Origin: Myxococcales bacterium
Lineage (GTDB): Bacteria; Myxococcota; Myxococcia; Myxococcales; JAKAPL01
Length of the DNA: 64,000 nt
Direction of reading: 5' to 3'
Assembly (NCBI GenBank): GCA_021807105.1
Contig: JAKAPL010000011.1
Span: 3,876-67,875 of the forward strand
Within the stretch, counting starts at the first letter, position 1. Each line of letters opens with the position of its first letter. The translations under genes and the position numbers were made by a program. Below, in pieces: positions 62,732 through 64,000 of the stretch. A model generated the notes under the pieces. It was given only the letters and a program-made list of their open reading frames with translations, made no database searches and was not told where the DNA came from.

Positions 62732-64000
62732 TTATCCCTTTTCGACGAACCCGAGCGAGAGCAGCGCGACGAGCGTCGCGTAGAGCGCGTTCTCGGGCCG
62801 CCCGGCCGCGGCGACGATGGCGCCGGCCGTCTTCTTCCCGTCGAGGCTCGCGAGGAGCTGCGCCTCCCACGGTTCGAGTGTGATCTGGGTGAGCTGGTAC
62901 GGCGGCCCCTGCGCGGGACGGAGGCGATCGCCCGGCTGCACGATCCGGTGGAGCCGCTCGGGGCGATAGAGCTTCCTGACGGCGCGCAGGATGAGCGTCG
63001 CGGGCGGCAGGTCGAGCTTGATGGCCCGCGGCGTCGCCCGGTCCCGGAAGGTCATCTGGAAGCTCCCCTCTTCCCAGGCGAAGAGGCTGTAAATGATCGC
63101 TTTGACCTGCTGGCCGAGGTAGTAGAGCTTCTCGGTCTCCTCTAGGAGCCCCATCTCGATCAGCACGTCCCCCGTGCGGCGGCCGGTCTCGCGAGCCTTG
63201 TCCAGGACCGAGACGAGCTGGTCGTCGCGCAGCCTCCCCACGCGGGCGAGGAACTGGCCGAAGCGGTCGGCGGCCACGTTGGAGAGGGCGAAGACGGGCT
63301 GGCCGCGCTCGAAGAAGATGATCTTGCGGGCCCGGCGGCGGGCGAGCAGCAGCTCGCCGGTCTCCTTGGCCTGGTAGAACGCGGTGACAAGCGAGGGCAG
63401 GTTGTCGGAGAGCGCGCCGGATCGCCCGGGCGGGGAGACGACCAGCGCTTCGGGCGGCGGAGGCGGCGGGGCGCGTCGCGGCGGGCGGCGAGATGGCTGG
63501 GCGGTGAGCGCGGCCCCCTCGATCGTCTCGGACGCTCCCCTGGGTTTTTGCAGGGCGACGCGGCCGGTCAGCTCGATGCGCGCGCTCTCGCCGGTCGCCT
63601 CGTCGTCCACGGGGATGTCGCCGGGCTCTGGACCGGGCGCGACCGTGACCGGCGGCGGCCGCGCCGGCTCGACCACCTTCCGGATGGCGTCGAGGAGCGC
63701 CGCGGCCTCGAAGGGCTTCTCGAACCAGCCGAGCGCGTCGTAGCGGGCCTTCGCCGCGAGCGCGTGGTGCCCTCCCTTGAAGACGCCGGTCAGGAAGATG
63801 ACCGGCACGGAGAGCTCCTTGCGGCAGACGGCCGCGACCTCGTAGCCCATGATGTCCGGCAGGAGGACGTCGAGCAGCGCGAGGGCGGGCCGTTCGATGC
63901 GCGCCCGCTCGATGGCCGGCTTCCCCCGGGTGAACGCCATCGGCGTGTAGCCCGCCTCCTCGAGCATCGCGGACAGGAGCGCGAGCAGTTCGCCGTTGTC
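62732..64000 (-). CDS. Response regulator receiver domain fused to a DUF4388 (PatA-N-like) domain; 5' end lies beyond the window
   Basis: The reading frame is open to position 64000 (...DNGELLALLSAMLEEAGY...LLDVLLPDIMGYEV...FEKPF, a receiver domain lacking its first ~10 aa). A Pro-rich linker is followed by ...GELLLARRRARKIIFFERGQPVFALSN...FGQFL..., typical of DUF4388. Confidence 0.8.
   Translation of the reverse strand, partial: DNGELLALLSAMLEEAGYTPMAFTRGKPAIERARIERPALALLDVLLPDIMGYEVAAVCRKELSVPVIFLTGVFKGGHHALAAKARYDALGWFEKPFEAAALLDAIRKVVEPARPPPVTVAPGPEPGDIPVDDEATGESARIELTGRVALQKPRGASETIEGAALTAQPSRRPPRRAPPPPPPEALVVSPPGRSGALSDNLPSLVTAFYQAKETGELLLARRRARKIIFFERGQPVFALSNVAADRFGQFLARVGRLRDDQLVSVLDKARETGRRTGDVLIEMGLLEETEKLYYLGQQVKAIIYSLFAWEEGSFQMTFRDRATPRAIKLDLPPATLILRAVRKLYRPERLHRIVQPGDRLRPAQGPPYQLTQITLEPWEAQLLASLDGKKTAGAIVAAAGRPENALYATLVALLSLGFVEKG

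Overview
This is a very GC-rich chromosomal segment with strong third-position GC bias, so every frame carries long Arg/Pro/Ala-rich shadow ORFs. I chose among overlapping ORFs by recognisable protein motifs, signal peptides or lipoboxes, RBS placement and gene packing. The content points to Myxococcota: cysteine-rich repeat proteins, a MYXO-CTERM-like tail, many lipoproteins and Flp pilins with a QGMTEY motif. I support 48 CDS. Most are housekeeping genes: tal, queG, glmU-glmS-thpR, asnB, frr-pyrH, hppA, mutY, pssA, glpK, a deoxynucleoside kinase and acyl-CoA metabolism genes. They are interspersed with envelope and secreted proteins. I saw no rRNA, tRNA, CRISPR/cas, transposase, integrase or recognisable defence genes, and I cannot point to one clear multi-gene novel system. 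The items most worth a second look are listed here. (1) An OmpA/TSP3 gene followed by a giant Cys-rich-repeat/MYXO-CTERM-like gene resembles the TraB/TraA outer-membrane-exchange pair (34.2-39.2 kb). (2) A ~590-bp array of strict 21-bp units is arranged as two inverted arms in a gap with no credible CDS (21.97-22.56 kb). (3) Two families of dispersed intergenic repeats have identical copies at several loci, and one supplies stop codons and an RBS to flanking genes. (4) A lipoprotein consists only of an RHS-associated core plus an HExxH C-terminal domain. (5) Two orphan flp pilin genes sit directly upstream of a YfhO-type GT-C membrane protein. (6) An ~870-bp gene-free, more A/T-rich region upstream of glpK is packed with GATGAA/TTCATC inverted and direct repeats. 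Start codons are often GTG/TTG and may be off by some codons. All family assignments come from reading motifs by eye, not from searches.
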